The notes beneath the pieces were generated by a model. That model saw nothing but the letters and a program-made list of their open reading frames with translations. It was not told the DNA's origin and ran no database searches. This document shows, piece by piece, positions 41,614 to 55,141 of a stretch of 64,000 nucleotides of DNA. Origin of the DNA: Paramecium tetraurelia (taxonomy: Eukaryota); contig CT868664.1 of NCBI GenBank assembly GCA_000165425.1, forward strand, positions 1-64,000. Reading direction: 5' to 3'. Each line of letters begins with the position of its first letter. Within the stretch, counting starts at the first letter, position 1. The position numbers and the translations under genes are program-made.

Positions 41614-43649
41614 TCACATTAAACATTTTAATAATTTTTCCACTGCTTTTTCTCTTTGACTTTTCCACACTGCTTCTGTTTCATAATAATTAATGGCCCT
41701 GTGCTTCCCAAGTTTTTCTAAATAGAATGTCTCCAATAATGTTTTGTAATTGTAAATAGTCGAAGCATGATAAAAGTGAGTCTGACCATGAATTTAGAAA
41801 TATAATTTTTCTCCTTTTTGATTGGTTATGACGATATCAATTTCCATACCATTCATATATTGATTAGATTGCAAAATAAATGTTTTGGGCATATATTGTA
41901 AAATATCGTTTGTGATTTCTTACTCTAAAAATGAGGATAGTCTTAAATTCTTGGTTTATTCTCTTCTCGTTCTCTAAGATTAAATTTGACCTTCATTGTA
42001 AAAATTCATGTGTTCCTATTTAAGGTTTTTCTCCCATTTGGCTTAAACAATACACTTATAAAACTATATTTATTCAATCTGGGATCTCTTTTTTAAAACA
42101 TAATCTTCAATAGCTGATTAAAATTTATCTTTAAATGCCTATGATAAAGGTATGTTAAAATATTCATAGAGCAATACTTATCTCGAACACAACTCTAATG
42201 TCCAGGCACTGTTATAACTCTAGTCCAATAATTCACGCATTTTATCTTAATTCCTTTTGTAAGCGAACTATCTCTACAAATAATCAATTTTTTAATAAGA
42301 AAAGTAATCTTGATTCAAATAATTTTGGAACTACTCCATTCCTTTTTAGTCCTATTCATCAAATAGTATATTGCAGCTATCAAAATAATTTAATAAAGAT
42401 AGCAGATCGGTTGGACCAACAACTTGTTTCGTTAATATTCTCTTCAATTCCTCAATCATTGGTTAAAGCAATTCTGGGAGCAATAATTCAAAAGTTTAAA
42501 TTGTTTGTATGACACTAAAATTGTGAATCATAATATTACTTTAAGTATGTGTTAAATTAACCATCTATATATCTCAAGATTTATTGAACTATTTGGGAGA
42601 TTTGCCCATCCTTACGTTCAAGTTTTATAAGCTATTCTCTTTTCTAAGAATTACTACCTATAAAATGTGAGTCAATATACTCCCTATCCAACTGTATACC
42701 TGACAAAGTGATAAGGTTTGCCATCATCTCTTGTTCAGCCTATGATATCTAATAGTCTAGAATAAAGTAATACTGAAGGCAACACAATTTTTTTGATTAA
42801 TTTTGACTCATTTACCGCATTTACTTTCAGGAAATTTATCTAAATTAAGATTTGATACTTGAGATCATCATTAATATAGAGGTTTAGATTGCACAGATTT
42901 AGCAATTCTAACAAAGTTGATTATCCAAGAATTTCTTTATTGTCATGAAAATATTAGAAAACAGCCTATTTTAATTCCTCATTGTAATACTCTTTAGATC
43001 TTAAGTTAATAATTAATTCTCTATATTATCTTTATCCTAGAGCTGGAATTATTTTGATTACTTATTGATTCAATTTCTCCTTGAGATCTTAAAGCAATTA
43101 TCTATTTTTTTCAGTTAATTAGGAAGGACTGTAGGAGAATACCTCTAATGCACTTACTAAATCATAGCTTTCCAAATCCTCTTAAACTATCATATTCTGA
43201 ATTAATTTTGGCAATACTTTATCTTGATCAAAAAATTCTGGATATTAATAGTATGTCTATAGCATTTTTAACTAAGTCGTAAAGAGTATCTCATCCATTC
43301 TTAATAATTGGTTAAACAAATCCTTAAATAATTCTTCATCTTTCCTAAAGTATGATTACATAATATCAATCACAAATTATTGCTTGTAAGGGTCAATAGT
43401 TTGATCTTTAAGCCTAGAAAGGAGGTTGGGTATATCTAATCCCAAATTAAATTAGTCCTCCAATAATTAAATCCGATGCATAAATTTCCAATTGATGGGA
43501 TTAGATTTAATCATCTATTAAACTGTGAGTAACAATCTTTGAAAATTTTCAGGAGTTGGGGGATTCATAATATTCTTCAATTCATAAAAAGTGCTTATTG
43601 ATTCGGTTTAATTACAGAACCCACAAAATAATTTCCTGAACTTTTACAT
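41614..43649 (-). CDS. Helical-repeat protein with divergent C-terminal RAP domain (FASTK-like)
   Basis: C-terminus SSFLEQEI...NGMEIDIVIT..LYFQIHGQTHFY....YKTLLETFYLEKLG..AINYYE; basic N-terminus resembling a mitochondrial presequence. Confidence 0.6.
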
Positions 43650-43694
43650 TTTAAGCTTAATTAAAATATTTTCTAATAAATACCCCAACAAATC

Positions 43695-46600
43695 ATGGGT
43701 GTTTGCTGTTAGAAAAACAAAAAAAGTGAATTCACATAATATTAACATATGGAAGAGGATATTTGGAAATCAAAAGCTATTTTCCCTGACCAATATCTCA
43801 AAGTGCTAGAATAAAGATATTATGCATTGTAGCCTGAATATGGTCTAAATTTGGAAAAGTTAAGTCGGTTGATACCGAATATTAAATCAAGTAAATACTT
43901 AACAAATATAAAGAGCATCTTTTAAACAGGCTGTTAAAATATTTTAATATGAAAATGGAGGATCAGATTGATTTTAATGGAATCTGCCTACTAATAAGTA
44001 AATTCTTAAATGCAGGATAAACGGGAAAAATAGAAATATTGTTTCAATTATATGACTTAGATAATGATTAAATGCTGGATTCAAAGGAATTTAATTTATT
44101 TATTTAAGAGAATGATAATTTATTAGATCAAAGTACAAGAAGAAATTAAAATTTTACGAGATCCAAATTCAAAACTTGGGCTGAAGGTAATCTCAAACTA
44201 GATAAGACAATGTCATTTAAAATATTTTTAAGGCCAGATTAGGAAAAATAAATGATAGAATAGTTAAAGGATCAAATAAAAAATGATAAAGTTTATATAA
44301 TAAGCTCTAAATGGTGGGATAACTGGAAGTAATATGTAAATATGGCAACTGCTAACCCTGGGTAATAAATAGATGATGTCACGCAAAAACCTTAACAGGA
44401 ATTTATAGAAATCAGTTCTTAATTATGGTTAGCTAGACCAGGACCAATTGATAACAGAGACATAGCAGGGGAATATGAAGGAGAATTGAAGCTTCAGGCA
44501 AAACAAAAGTGTGATTTTTAAGAAGTAGGAGAAGATGCTTGGAAGGAGTTATTGAGCTGGTATGGAATCACAGATAAAAGACTTGAATTTAAGAGAAGGG
44601 GAAAATTTGATAAAGATGGCTTTAAGATAGAAGTTCATCCAACTATTATATAAGCTTTTGAAACAGATGCGAATGGAATTGTATAGTATAAAAAATGGTT
44701 TAAACTTAAAATGTCTGAAGATTCAACAATGCATGATGTCAGAAGAAAACTATTTTAGAAATTTCAAATTAAAACCATAAATGGTTCAGAATATCTGTTA
44801 TATAAGATGAAAATTAATGAAGATTGGGAGTTGATTTTAGATTTAGATGATAACATTTCAAGTCTAAATATTACATCTGGAACGTACTTCACATTAACTA
44901 AACTTAAATAAAAGCCCAAATCCAAAGTAGGTAATTGGTAATTAGGTTAAAAAAGTTTAATTGAAGATCCTTCTCAAAGAGTTGAAAAAATGTGTTTAGC
45001 GTAAAGATTTACTGAAGATCTTAAATATGTTATTTTGCATATTGAAGGATAGAGTTTTTTCGATGATTTTTAATTAGAAATAAAAGAAAATCATGGGGCC
45101 TAATTTAACTCTTACATATAAGGAAGATCTTATAATATTAAATATCCTGGTTTATAAAACCTTGGCAACACTTGTTATATGAATGCAGCCTTACAATGTT
45201 TAATAAACACTAAATATTTTTTTAATTTTCTTTTTAATGAAGGCTACAAGAATAAAGTTAAAGTTAACAATTCTTTGGTACAACATCTAAGTTCTCTAGC
45301 AAAAGAAATGACTCAAACAGCTGAATTATCAATATCACCCTCAGTTTTTTAAAATGCTTTAGTTAGGATTTGCCCCAGATTTAAGATGTATGAAGCCTAA
45401 GATGCAGACGAATTCTTAGATTATTTATTAACTCAGATTTCCGATGAATTAAAAGGGTATGACACATAATAGGATACAGTCATTGAGACCCTTTTTCAAG
45501 GAGATTACTTAACTTAAAAACAATGCTCGAGTTGTCAATATGAGATGAACGAACCAGAAAAGAATAAAATATTTCGTTTAAAAATTTAAGAAGAAGCTGG
45601 TGTTTTTAAATTAAGGCTATTAATCTTTATGAAATTAAAATTTATTTATGATCGCGATGAATAATTTGTTGTAAATCAAAAAGACTTACTGAAGAAAACG
45701 ATTATCCTAACAAAAAATGATGGCTCTTTTACTATGAGAGATCTATATGAAAAGATAAATTCAATTTTAGGTCTTGCTTAAAATGAATATGAATTTGCTA
45801 GAAGTTATAAGAAGGAATTTATAAAAATTTTTATCAATATTGATGAAAATCAAGAATTAACTAAATTGGGTATTAACCAAAATAAGACTCTAAATTTATA
45901 TTAATTGGGAAGTATACATTAAGCAGAAAGAGAATTTGAAACAATTTCCTAAATGTTTAATTATCCATCTCAAGATTTCAAGTTAAATGACCTAATCAAT
46001 TTTTTGGATCCTAATAATTAATGGAAACAAGGTAAAATAGTCTAAGTAATCCAATCGAATCCGATTAAATATAAAATACTATATCGTTTACAATAACAAA
46101 ATAACAACTAAAAACAATTTGAATATATTATGGACAAATAAAAAATTGTAAAATTTAGAGAGAAAATTAAACATCACACCCATGAGAAAGTCCCACTTTT
46201 ACATTATTATTTCAATACATTTAAGAAGCAATATAATTTAACATTAAAGCCAATCATCCTTTTGCTACCGATTTAATCGCTGTCTCTTTTGGAACTAAAA
46301 GTCTACATTTACAAATAAGTTTCAAGATTTATTAACATTGTAAGTATTTGATTAATTTTAGACTCATTTCAACGTTCAATCTCCTTTCAAATCATCGAAT
46401 GTATCCTAATAGGAAATTTGTAATTTCTTTTCAAATCCATCATTCCCATATAAAATTCGAGTATTAGATTAGAATAGGAAATGCTTATTTTGTGAGAACA
46501 TACGGCCACATAACAATATTACGTAATCTCATTGTATGGGATGTGAAGAAGATCCGATATTATTAAATTTCGATCAATTTACAAAGCCAAGTATAATTTT

Positions 46601-47149
46601 GGAGTGGAAGGAAATAAAATTTGCCAAAATATTAGAGAAAAGAAAAGATGAATTAGAAGAGAGAAGTCTAATTCATCTTAGGCTTTAGAAGTGTCTAGAA
46701 AAATCAGCAGAGGATACATTTATAACATAAGAATGCTTTTCATGCAGGTAAAACACTCAAATTAGAAACAATTCTTATCTAAATAAACCCCCGATAATGT
46801 TGATTATTAATTTGCAAAAATACAAAAGTAATGGAGAATAAATTGAAAGATATATTGATTTTCCTTTAAATTCTCTTGACATAAAGGATTGTCGAAGATC
46901 AAAACAGCCTGTATTGTATGACCTTTATGCTGTAATTAACAATAAAAGAGGAAGGGATATCAGTAATAGATGATCTTTATTTTAGCACATTATACCGCGT
47001 ATGTAAAAAAAAAGGATGAATGGTATGAATTTGATGATTCCAATGTTCAGAAGGTAAGAGAGGTTTAAACAAAGAACGCATATCTCTTATTCTATACTAT
47101 ACAAGAAATTCCAGAGGACAGTGATATCAGTTTGCTAAATTTTAAATGA
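43695..47149 (+). CDS. Ubiquitin-specific protease with N-terminal EF-hand and DUSP domains (USP32-like architecture)
   Basis: MGVCC acylation motif; EF-hand YDLDNDQMLDSKEF; DUSP YIISSKWWDNWKQYV, RPGPIDN; Cys box GLQNLGNTCYMNAALQCL; QDADEFL; YDLYAVI...HYTAYV..WYEFDDS. Confidence 0.92.
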
Positions 47150-47241
47150 TTTAGTATGTTAATGATAATTTATAAAATAGGATACTTCACAAAATATAAG
47201 GGAATTAATTTAAATTAAAAATATAATTAATATAAAATCTA

Positions 47242-50200
47242 TCATTCTCCCATAACTGAAAGTTCTGCTTCCAATTCTTAAATCTAACTGAGCAAAGAAT
47301 TTTTTGCCAATTCCTATTATTCAATAATCAGTTACTTTTCTTAAATAGCTCTTTGTTTAGCCTTATAAGTCTCAGAATTAGCTAAATAATTTATTATTAT
47401 AAGTACCTGTTTGAGACATTTTTTTGTCACCTTTCTATTCTTAATTATTATGTGTTGATTTTATTTACTTCATCTTTTTTCTTAGATTATTGATTTCGAT
47501 AATCAATTTAACATTGCCTCTCATAATCCTAATGTTTTCAGCCTTATGTATTTCTTCATCTGCTTAAAGATTGGCTTTCAATCCTTCAACAGACTTTTCT
47601 AAATATTGCTTTTAACTTTTATATTCTGCTAAAATGTCAGCATTGACTTATTATGGTTTTACATCGTCTTTATGGAATTCTTTAAAGATTTCTTGTGCTT
47701 TTTTTGTTAATTCATCTTAATTTTGAATGAACTGGACAGCTTAATATACAGAATCCTTAAATTTCTTAATCCTCACATTTTGGAATGAAATTAATTATCT
47801 TTACTTTTTGATGTTGGTTTTCATTATTTTTAATTCTTAATCAAGAGCATCAACCACATTTCCAAGATTATTATTCAAATAAGCAAAATTTTTTAATTTC
47901 TAATCCATCATATTAGTCTTTTCTTTCATTCTGTTAATTTCTTCATCTCTAGGTCCAGTATCTCTTTTGAGTTCCTTAATTTTATGATCTAAAACAAATT
48001 TAAACTTTTCTAATTCCTATGATCTCTTCTTTAATTCATAAATCTTCCTTTCCTTCTCTCCTATTGTTTTATCCTTATCTTAAATTTATTTTAGTTATTC
48101 TTCAATAGCTATTTTGAGTTGATGATTTTGATCATCCAATTATTTCTTTTATTCGTTATAATCTTTGAGATTTTCATTTTGTTTTTCCTCCTCTTACAAT
48201 AAAGATTAAATCTTCTTCTTTGTCATACTGACTTCACTTTTAGCCTTAAGACCCTAATCAGTTTTTTAAAGAATCTATTATTGATTCTGTTCTTCAAGTG
48301 CTTCAATCTCACCAATAGTCTCTTTTCTAATCTATTCAATTGTTTCCCTGTACTTCTCTTTCTCCTTGTTGTATTCCTTCTCCATTCTTTCTCTCTACTG
48401 TCTTTCTTCAAGTAAACGAGCATCGTAATCTTTTTCCAATTTTTTGAGTTCGTCAGTATGTTCTCTTTATAATTTTCCAATTTCCTTTTCATATTTAGTT
48501 TGATGAATTTCTTTCTCATTTTTGGTCTTCTCATACTTTTCTGCCTCCTTATTGACTTTACTTTATTGATTTTATTCTAATTCCTGGATTTCAGCTTCAA
48601 ACTCTTCCATAATTTATTTTCTGGTTTCTTGAATATGCTTTTCTGTTTCTCTCTTCTTTTCTACTAAAGTGTCATAGGCTACTTTATATTGTTACTTCAA
48701 GGTAGATTCTTTATCTGTCAATTGTTTGATTTGATCCTCCTTTGATGAAATATTAATAGCATTTTAAGGAGCAGTGATATCCTACAACTAAGTTTTGAGA
48801 TTATCCCTGGTGGTTTTGAGATCAGCCTTATCTTCTTTGGTAACAATGATATCATCTGCATATCTTTGTTAATATCCTTCCTTATTTTTTTATCCTCTTG
48901 CATCTTTATCCTTAATTTCAAACACAATGATGGCTCCATCCCTACCAGCAGTAATAAGATACTAATCATCAGCAGTGATCTTCATTTTCTCTATACCTCG
49001 TTCATCATGAGCCTAATACTCAACATTGGTACCAGCAGATGGACCAACAAAGGGATATTTATAACATCTTACAGCTCCAGAGTATCTATTCTCATCGCAT
49101 ACACCAGCAAATAATATTTTGTTACTGCTTGAGAAACAAATTTAAGATAAGGTAGCTTCTACATTTCTTTTATTTTCTGTTGGTTCCTGACAATTAAATT
49201 CTCTAAGATGACGATCCTCCCCCACGACATACACTATTTTAGTATCAAATGTCAATGCAACACTCGACTATGGTATATTCTTACCATTTGCCTTAGCATG
49301 GATATCAAGCATTCTTTGTCCCGTTGTATCAGCACCTACTTTCCATAAGGAAATCAAACCATCTTAACCACATGTGGCTAAAATTGTATCATCTCTACTC
49401 CATGTTATGCATCTAATTCTACCACTATGACCTTTAAATTATAGGTTGGCAGGATTATCTCCAACATAGAATCTATAAATGTGGATTATATGTTAAGTAG
49501 TGTTAGCTGCATTAACGGCAGCAAAGTATTGTCCTCCATTAGAGAATTTGATTTCTTTGCATTATTTGAATTACCCGATTTCTCTATAGTGTTTAATTTG
49601 ATTGTTATGAACACAGACGTTCATCAATCTTAATCTATCAGTCAATCCTACTACAATATGGAATCCTGAAGGGTGGATGCTTACACAATAAGCTTCTTCA
49701 TTAAAGAATCTGTAGGCTTCCATGCTTTTCTCTTCGTAATTCCATATACGGATGTATTTGTCAGCTCCACATGTCACTATCAGTGGTTTTCGTACACACA
49801 CATCCATACCGTTGATTGGAATTCCAGCATTTACTGGAGGACAGGAGTGAAAAGGCAATGAAACCAATTCAAATTGTTGTTGTTCTTCCAAAAACTATTC
49901 AGTCTTCAATTTCAGACTATAAATTAAATTGCTAGACAGAGTAACTATGATGGTATCTTCACTGATGGGCGTGAAGCTGATTCCTTTGATTTAACATTTG
50001 ATATCAGATATTGACTTCACGTGAAGCATTTAGATATTTTCATATTCTTTGCTGTATATATAAATTGTAGAATTGTCTCCTCCAATTGCAAATCCTTATT
50101 GCATTGCCTATATCACTTCAATCAAAAAGGGTTGTTTGTTTTGGTGGTAAGGGTTCTTCAAGTACCTAACATATTCAGCATTTTCATCACAGAGGAATAC

Positions 50201-50932
50201 TTCTCCCAATTAGGTGCATACAACCAAATGATCTGGATGTTATATCATCCAGGCATGACAACAGTAATTATTTGATAAATCTGCAGGTGCTTTTTATAAC
50301 GAGGCTGCCACTTATTTGAGAGTGTAGCTCTTAGTTTCGCCTTCATTTTGAATCATCTTAAATGATTTGAAAATTCCTTTTCCGATCACAGTGATGAAAG
50401 TGGCATCATTAGGTTAAAAGGCTACTTCTAGACATTCATTATTTCCAGAAGCCACTTTAACAGAAGCTAAACATTTCATTGTATCAGTTTGAAAGTAACA
50501 TAAATATGAATCAACAGGACTGCCATTGACAGAGACTCCTCCACTCAATCCAATCAAAGTTTTTGCTTCAGCATTAGGTCCAAATGCAACAGATACCCAT
50601 TCCTTGACAGGGGCATCATGATAGATTAGTGTTCTTTTTTTCTTTTAGGACATCGTGTCGTAAATTTGAATTGCAGGTTTTTCTCCTTTCACACCTGCTG
50701 CTAGAAATCTCTTCATTGGAGAGAGAGTCATACAAGAGAACCCTCTGTAATGTTCGAATCCTTGGAAGTAACTTTGACTCTTATCCTGCAATGAGTAACA
50801 CACTATATGAAAGCCTGCTGGATAGATGATTCGAGTATCATCCATGAAGTAGAGGTTATTCCGTAAATTGCTGTTCAATCCGAAGATGTATTTTGGTTAA
50901 AGCTGCTGCGACGGTTGCAGAGTAGGAATCAT
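47242..50932 (-). CDS. CFAP57: Cilia- and flagella-associated protein 57 (WDR65) paralog
   Basis: YIFGLNSNLRNNLYF..IIYPAG; WD40 repeats (CVRKPLIVTCGADKYIRIWNY, IHPSG, FSNGGQYFAA); coiled coil with SQELEKFKFVLDHKIKELK. Confidence 0.9.
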
Positions 50933-51077
50933 AATTAATGAATAATTATATATGTAAATGTTTAGTATAACAATTCGACCATATTTACCAGAGAGGCACA
51001 TCTAGTTGGGAATGTGAGCTAATAAATCTAATAAATGCAATGTGAGTTCTAGATTAGTTATAATCAATAATATAATA

Positions 51078-52815
51078 ATGAATCTCACCAAGTCCAATTC
51101 TCAGAAGGGGTTTAGGATACTCTAGAAATCTTCACTAAGTCCAGTCCATAAATTGTCTCCAGAGAAGTCCAAACTCTCCCTCAAAACTCGAAAGAATAGC
51201 GAATTACTGAAGTTAATGGTCTCGCCGAAGCTCATCACCAATTAAACTACTCAAGAGGGATCATTTGTAAAGAGAGAAACAACTCTCCAGAACTCATAGA
51301 TAATGGATGTCGTATTGGTGATCGTACATGTTGGGCAGTAGTAATTTCGATTCACTTTCACTCGCAACATCACTACAAGTTAAATGCGGGCAGCCCTGCT
51401 GTAGAAGCTAAAACTGAAGATTGTGGCATTCACTACAGTTGACCACAACATTCTCATAGATTACTATCTAACCCTTGAAGAACGACCAATCATTTGGCCT
51501 GAATTGCAATTGGAATGCCAAGAACCAGTACTAACAGCTTAACATGTCTCACTTAAGGACTTTCAAATTTTGAAATGCATTGGAGCGGGTGGATTCTCAA
51601 AGGTCTACTTGGTGAGATCAAAAATGAACGGTCACTTCTATGCCATGAAACTGGTAGACAAAGAGTTCATCATCAAGTACAAGAAAGCAGGTATTTTATC
51701 TATATATATGAATCAAAGAATTGCTCCAAAATGAAAGAGACATCATGGCATTCATCCATCATCCGTTTACAATCCAAATGCTCTTTTCCTTTGAGAGTCG
51801 CAACTTTGTTGTATTTATACTCGAGTTCTGTAGCGGAGGAGAACTCTTCTATCAACTCAAAACCCTCAAGAGAATGTCAGAGGAGTAGGCTCAATTTTAC
51901 TTTGTGGAAATCTGCATCAGCATGTTGTACTTGCACTAAATGGGAATCATGTACCGTGACATCAAACCTGAAAACATACTTCTCGATTTGGATGGGCATA
52001 TTCGTATCTCTGATTTCGGACTCTCTAAACTCACCACTCCAGACGAATTTGCCTATAGTTTTTGTGGGTCTCCAGAATACATGGCTCCAGAAATGCTCCT
52101 CAAACGTGGACACACCATATAAGTAGATCATTATTGTCTGGGAGCTCTCCTTTATGAACTAGTTACAGGTTTGCCTCCCTTCTACAGTAAAAATACTCAA
52201 AAAATCTATGATTCCATACTTAACGAATAAGTCACTTTTCCACAATTCCTAAGTCAAGAAATCAAGGATCTCATGTCTGGGTTATTGGCCAAAGATCCTC
52301 ATAAGAGATTGGGAGTTAGAGGAGGAGTCAGAGAAATTTTGTAACACAAATGGTTCAAGAAGGTTAATCTGACAGATATCCTTATGAAAAGAGTGACACC
52401 GCCCATTAGACCTGATATTCAGAAACTGAATTTTGAGACTAAGAATTTGCAATAGGGAGACTTGGAAGTGAGAGAGAAGTTGATTGGAAAAGCAGGTTTC
52501 AAAAAGGATTTTAAAATTTTTGATGAATTTTACTTTGATTATAGAGAGAATGTACGAATAGCAGATTAACAAAGATTATTGAAGGAACACATAAAGAATG
52601 TAGATTCTATTCAGCAGTAGAAACCTCGTTCATTAGATAAGATTATATCTGAGGACAGTAGACAGTCGAAATTGCAAAAACGATTAGAACAACAGACTTC
52701 TCTGAGAACTAGTCCCCAGAAAGGGTCCGCATTGATGAGTAACAATTTCATGCAAACAGGGGGATTGAAAACGGAAAGCTCTGATCTAACATCTAGTAAA
52801 AGACGCGTAACTTGA
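51078..52815 (+). CDS. AGC-family Ser/Thr kinase
   Basis: [67 protein letters not shown]. Confidence 0.93.
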
Positions 52816-52884
52816 TATTTATTAATATTTTTATCATAATCATAACAATGATATATTATCTAAAAATGCATCTATCATACTCAA

Positions 52885-53705
52885 ATGGATCATAAATTAT
52901 AAAACTAAATGAAATCACAGTGTTACTTACATGGATATCCTCCTGATTGTTCATACAAATTGCAGGATCTCTATAATCTCATACGAGATGATGAAGACTC
53001 GATTACTCTTGAACGTATTTTCAAAATGCTTCGAGTATGACAATTTTCATAATATAAAAAAAGACTTGGTAATATGAAGTACCCTTCTCGAATTTATGTT
53101 TGCTTCTTCGAAAAGCCAATTAAGCATGTCATTAGAATGCAAAGAACTATGTGAATGAAGTAGCCTTCCATCAGCTTTTGCATAATCCTGACATATAAAA
53201 GTTGTTCAAGCCTAAGAAGGATGAAATCTATTTCACTCCTCCAACAATCGAAGGGCTATTTAAACGTATGGGTGAGCAAATTGAACGGAAGAGACTTCAT
53301 GAAAAACTGAAACGGGAAGGGGTCTCAAATAAAGAGAAATTCAATTTCATGTTGTAGTTATTGCAAGTGGGTTCTCCGCGGAAAGACAAGGAATGCTCAA
53401 TTACAATGGAGAAGACAAAGAGTGTGCGTAAAGTTATCGATGACGATTATAATTTCATTAAGGAGCAGAAGAAAAGCAAGAGGAAGGCTGAAAGCATGTA
53501 AGATCCATAGAATCCGCCAAAGTTTACCAAACTCCCAAATACAATTTTTAATGCGCCCACTAGTCGTATAAGATAATTGCATTATCGCATGATGTAGCAA
53601 ATGGAGGATGTGCAAGAGGATCATAATGTCTAGAAGTTGAGCAATATTATTCATAAATCATAGGTTAACCTTTCAATAAGGTTACCTTAAATTTAAAATA
53701 TATGA
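52885..53705 (+). CDS. Hypothetical protein
   Basis: Continuous ciliate-code frame with one intron, MDHKLQNQMKSQCYLHGYPP...RLPQIQNI*. Confidence 0.65.
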
Positions 53706-53722
53706 AACAACAACGATATTAA

Positions 53723-55036
53723 ATGGATTTCAATCTCTCGAAAAGTTATTTGCTATAAAAATTACAGCCGAATCGAGAACAGTCGGCCAAGAAACTAAGC
53801 AACTTAGAGGTGAATGCAGCGGTTCAGAAATACTTCTAGATGCTCAAGAAGAAGGAAGGAAAGAGTCCGAGTCCAATAATTTCTCCGACTCAATCCTCCA
53901 AGATTCTCAGTCAATTGGTGACCAAGGTTACACCATCATTGGACATTAATGTTCCGATTAAACCTCCGACCCCTTCAGGAACCCAATCTTATAGGCCCTC
54001 ATCTGAAAAGAAAGCTCATCATCGTCCTCAGTAATCAGTGGGACAAAGCAAGGATTTGATTTTACAAAAGCTCCAAACTGCCTTATTTTAGAAGCCAAAG
54101 ACTCAATCTCAGCAAGTGACGCCTAAAAGTAATGGGAAGGGAAGTGTGAGTGTGAACAAGTATTTTGAGAGTACAAAAAAATAATAAGATGAATCTCACG
54201 AATACTACCTATCAAGAGTGAAGAATGCATTTTCCAAGCCTTCTAAGGATGATTACTTCACTCGAATGCACAGGGAACACTTTTTTTAAACTTATCAAGG
54301 AATATATGTTGCTACGTACTTACAACCAGTTGATCCGAATGATCTGTAAAACAAGCAAGTTAAGTTAAAGTAGAAGGAATGCTACAAAAGTAATCTTAAA
54401 CTTTACTATATTACTAGATAAAATTACAATTGTCTTTGATCTTGATGAGACTTTAGTTCATTGCAATGAAAGTTTAGCAATCCCAAGCGATTTAATCTTA
54501 TCCATTTAGGTGTCTCCCCAAGAAACAATTAAGGCCGGCATAAACATTAGACCTGGAGCAGTAAAGTTGCTAGAATTACTAGTAAATGATTTCGAATTGA
54601 TACTCTTCACGGCTTCACATCCTTGTTATGCCTAAAAAGTTATCGAGCATCTAGATCCTTAGAAGACTCTCTTTTCTCATAGTCTTTATAGAGAAAGTTG
54701 CATCATGACCACAGGAGGCATGTATACAAAGGATCTCAGAATTTTTGATAGACCATTAAGTCAACTAGTCCTAGTAGACAACGCTTCTTACTCCTATGCT
54801 TGGCAATTAGACAATGGCATACCTATAGTTCCATTTTACGATAACAAGGAGGATAGGGAATTGGAATCATTGTTAAAATATTTAAAAGGGATGTAAGGAT
54901 GTAAAGATGTCAGGGAATACAATAAGTAAGAAACCATCAATATTTTAGAAAACATTTAAGATTGTAATACTTCCAAGATCCTTCAGGAGCAGGAGCAGTG
55001 TTTGAGAAACTATTTCAATAGAAGATGGAAATTTGA
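53723..55036 (+). CDS. CTD small phosphatase (SCP/FCP1-like, NIF HAD domain)
   Basis: IVFDLDETLVHC, IRPG, LFTAS..YA, LDP, LYRESC, KDLR, VLVDN. Confidence 0.93.
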
Positions 55037-55141
55037 TCATATTTTATTAAATGAACTATACTCTAGACATTTGAGTATTCTCAATTTCATTGTTTATTCA
55101 CAAGTGCAAATTACTTTGAAACGATTGTATAAAATATAAAA

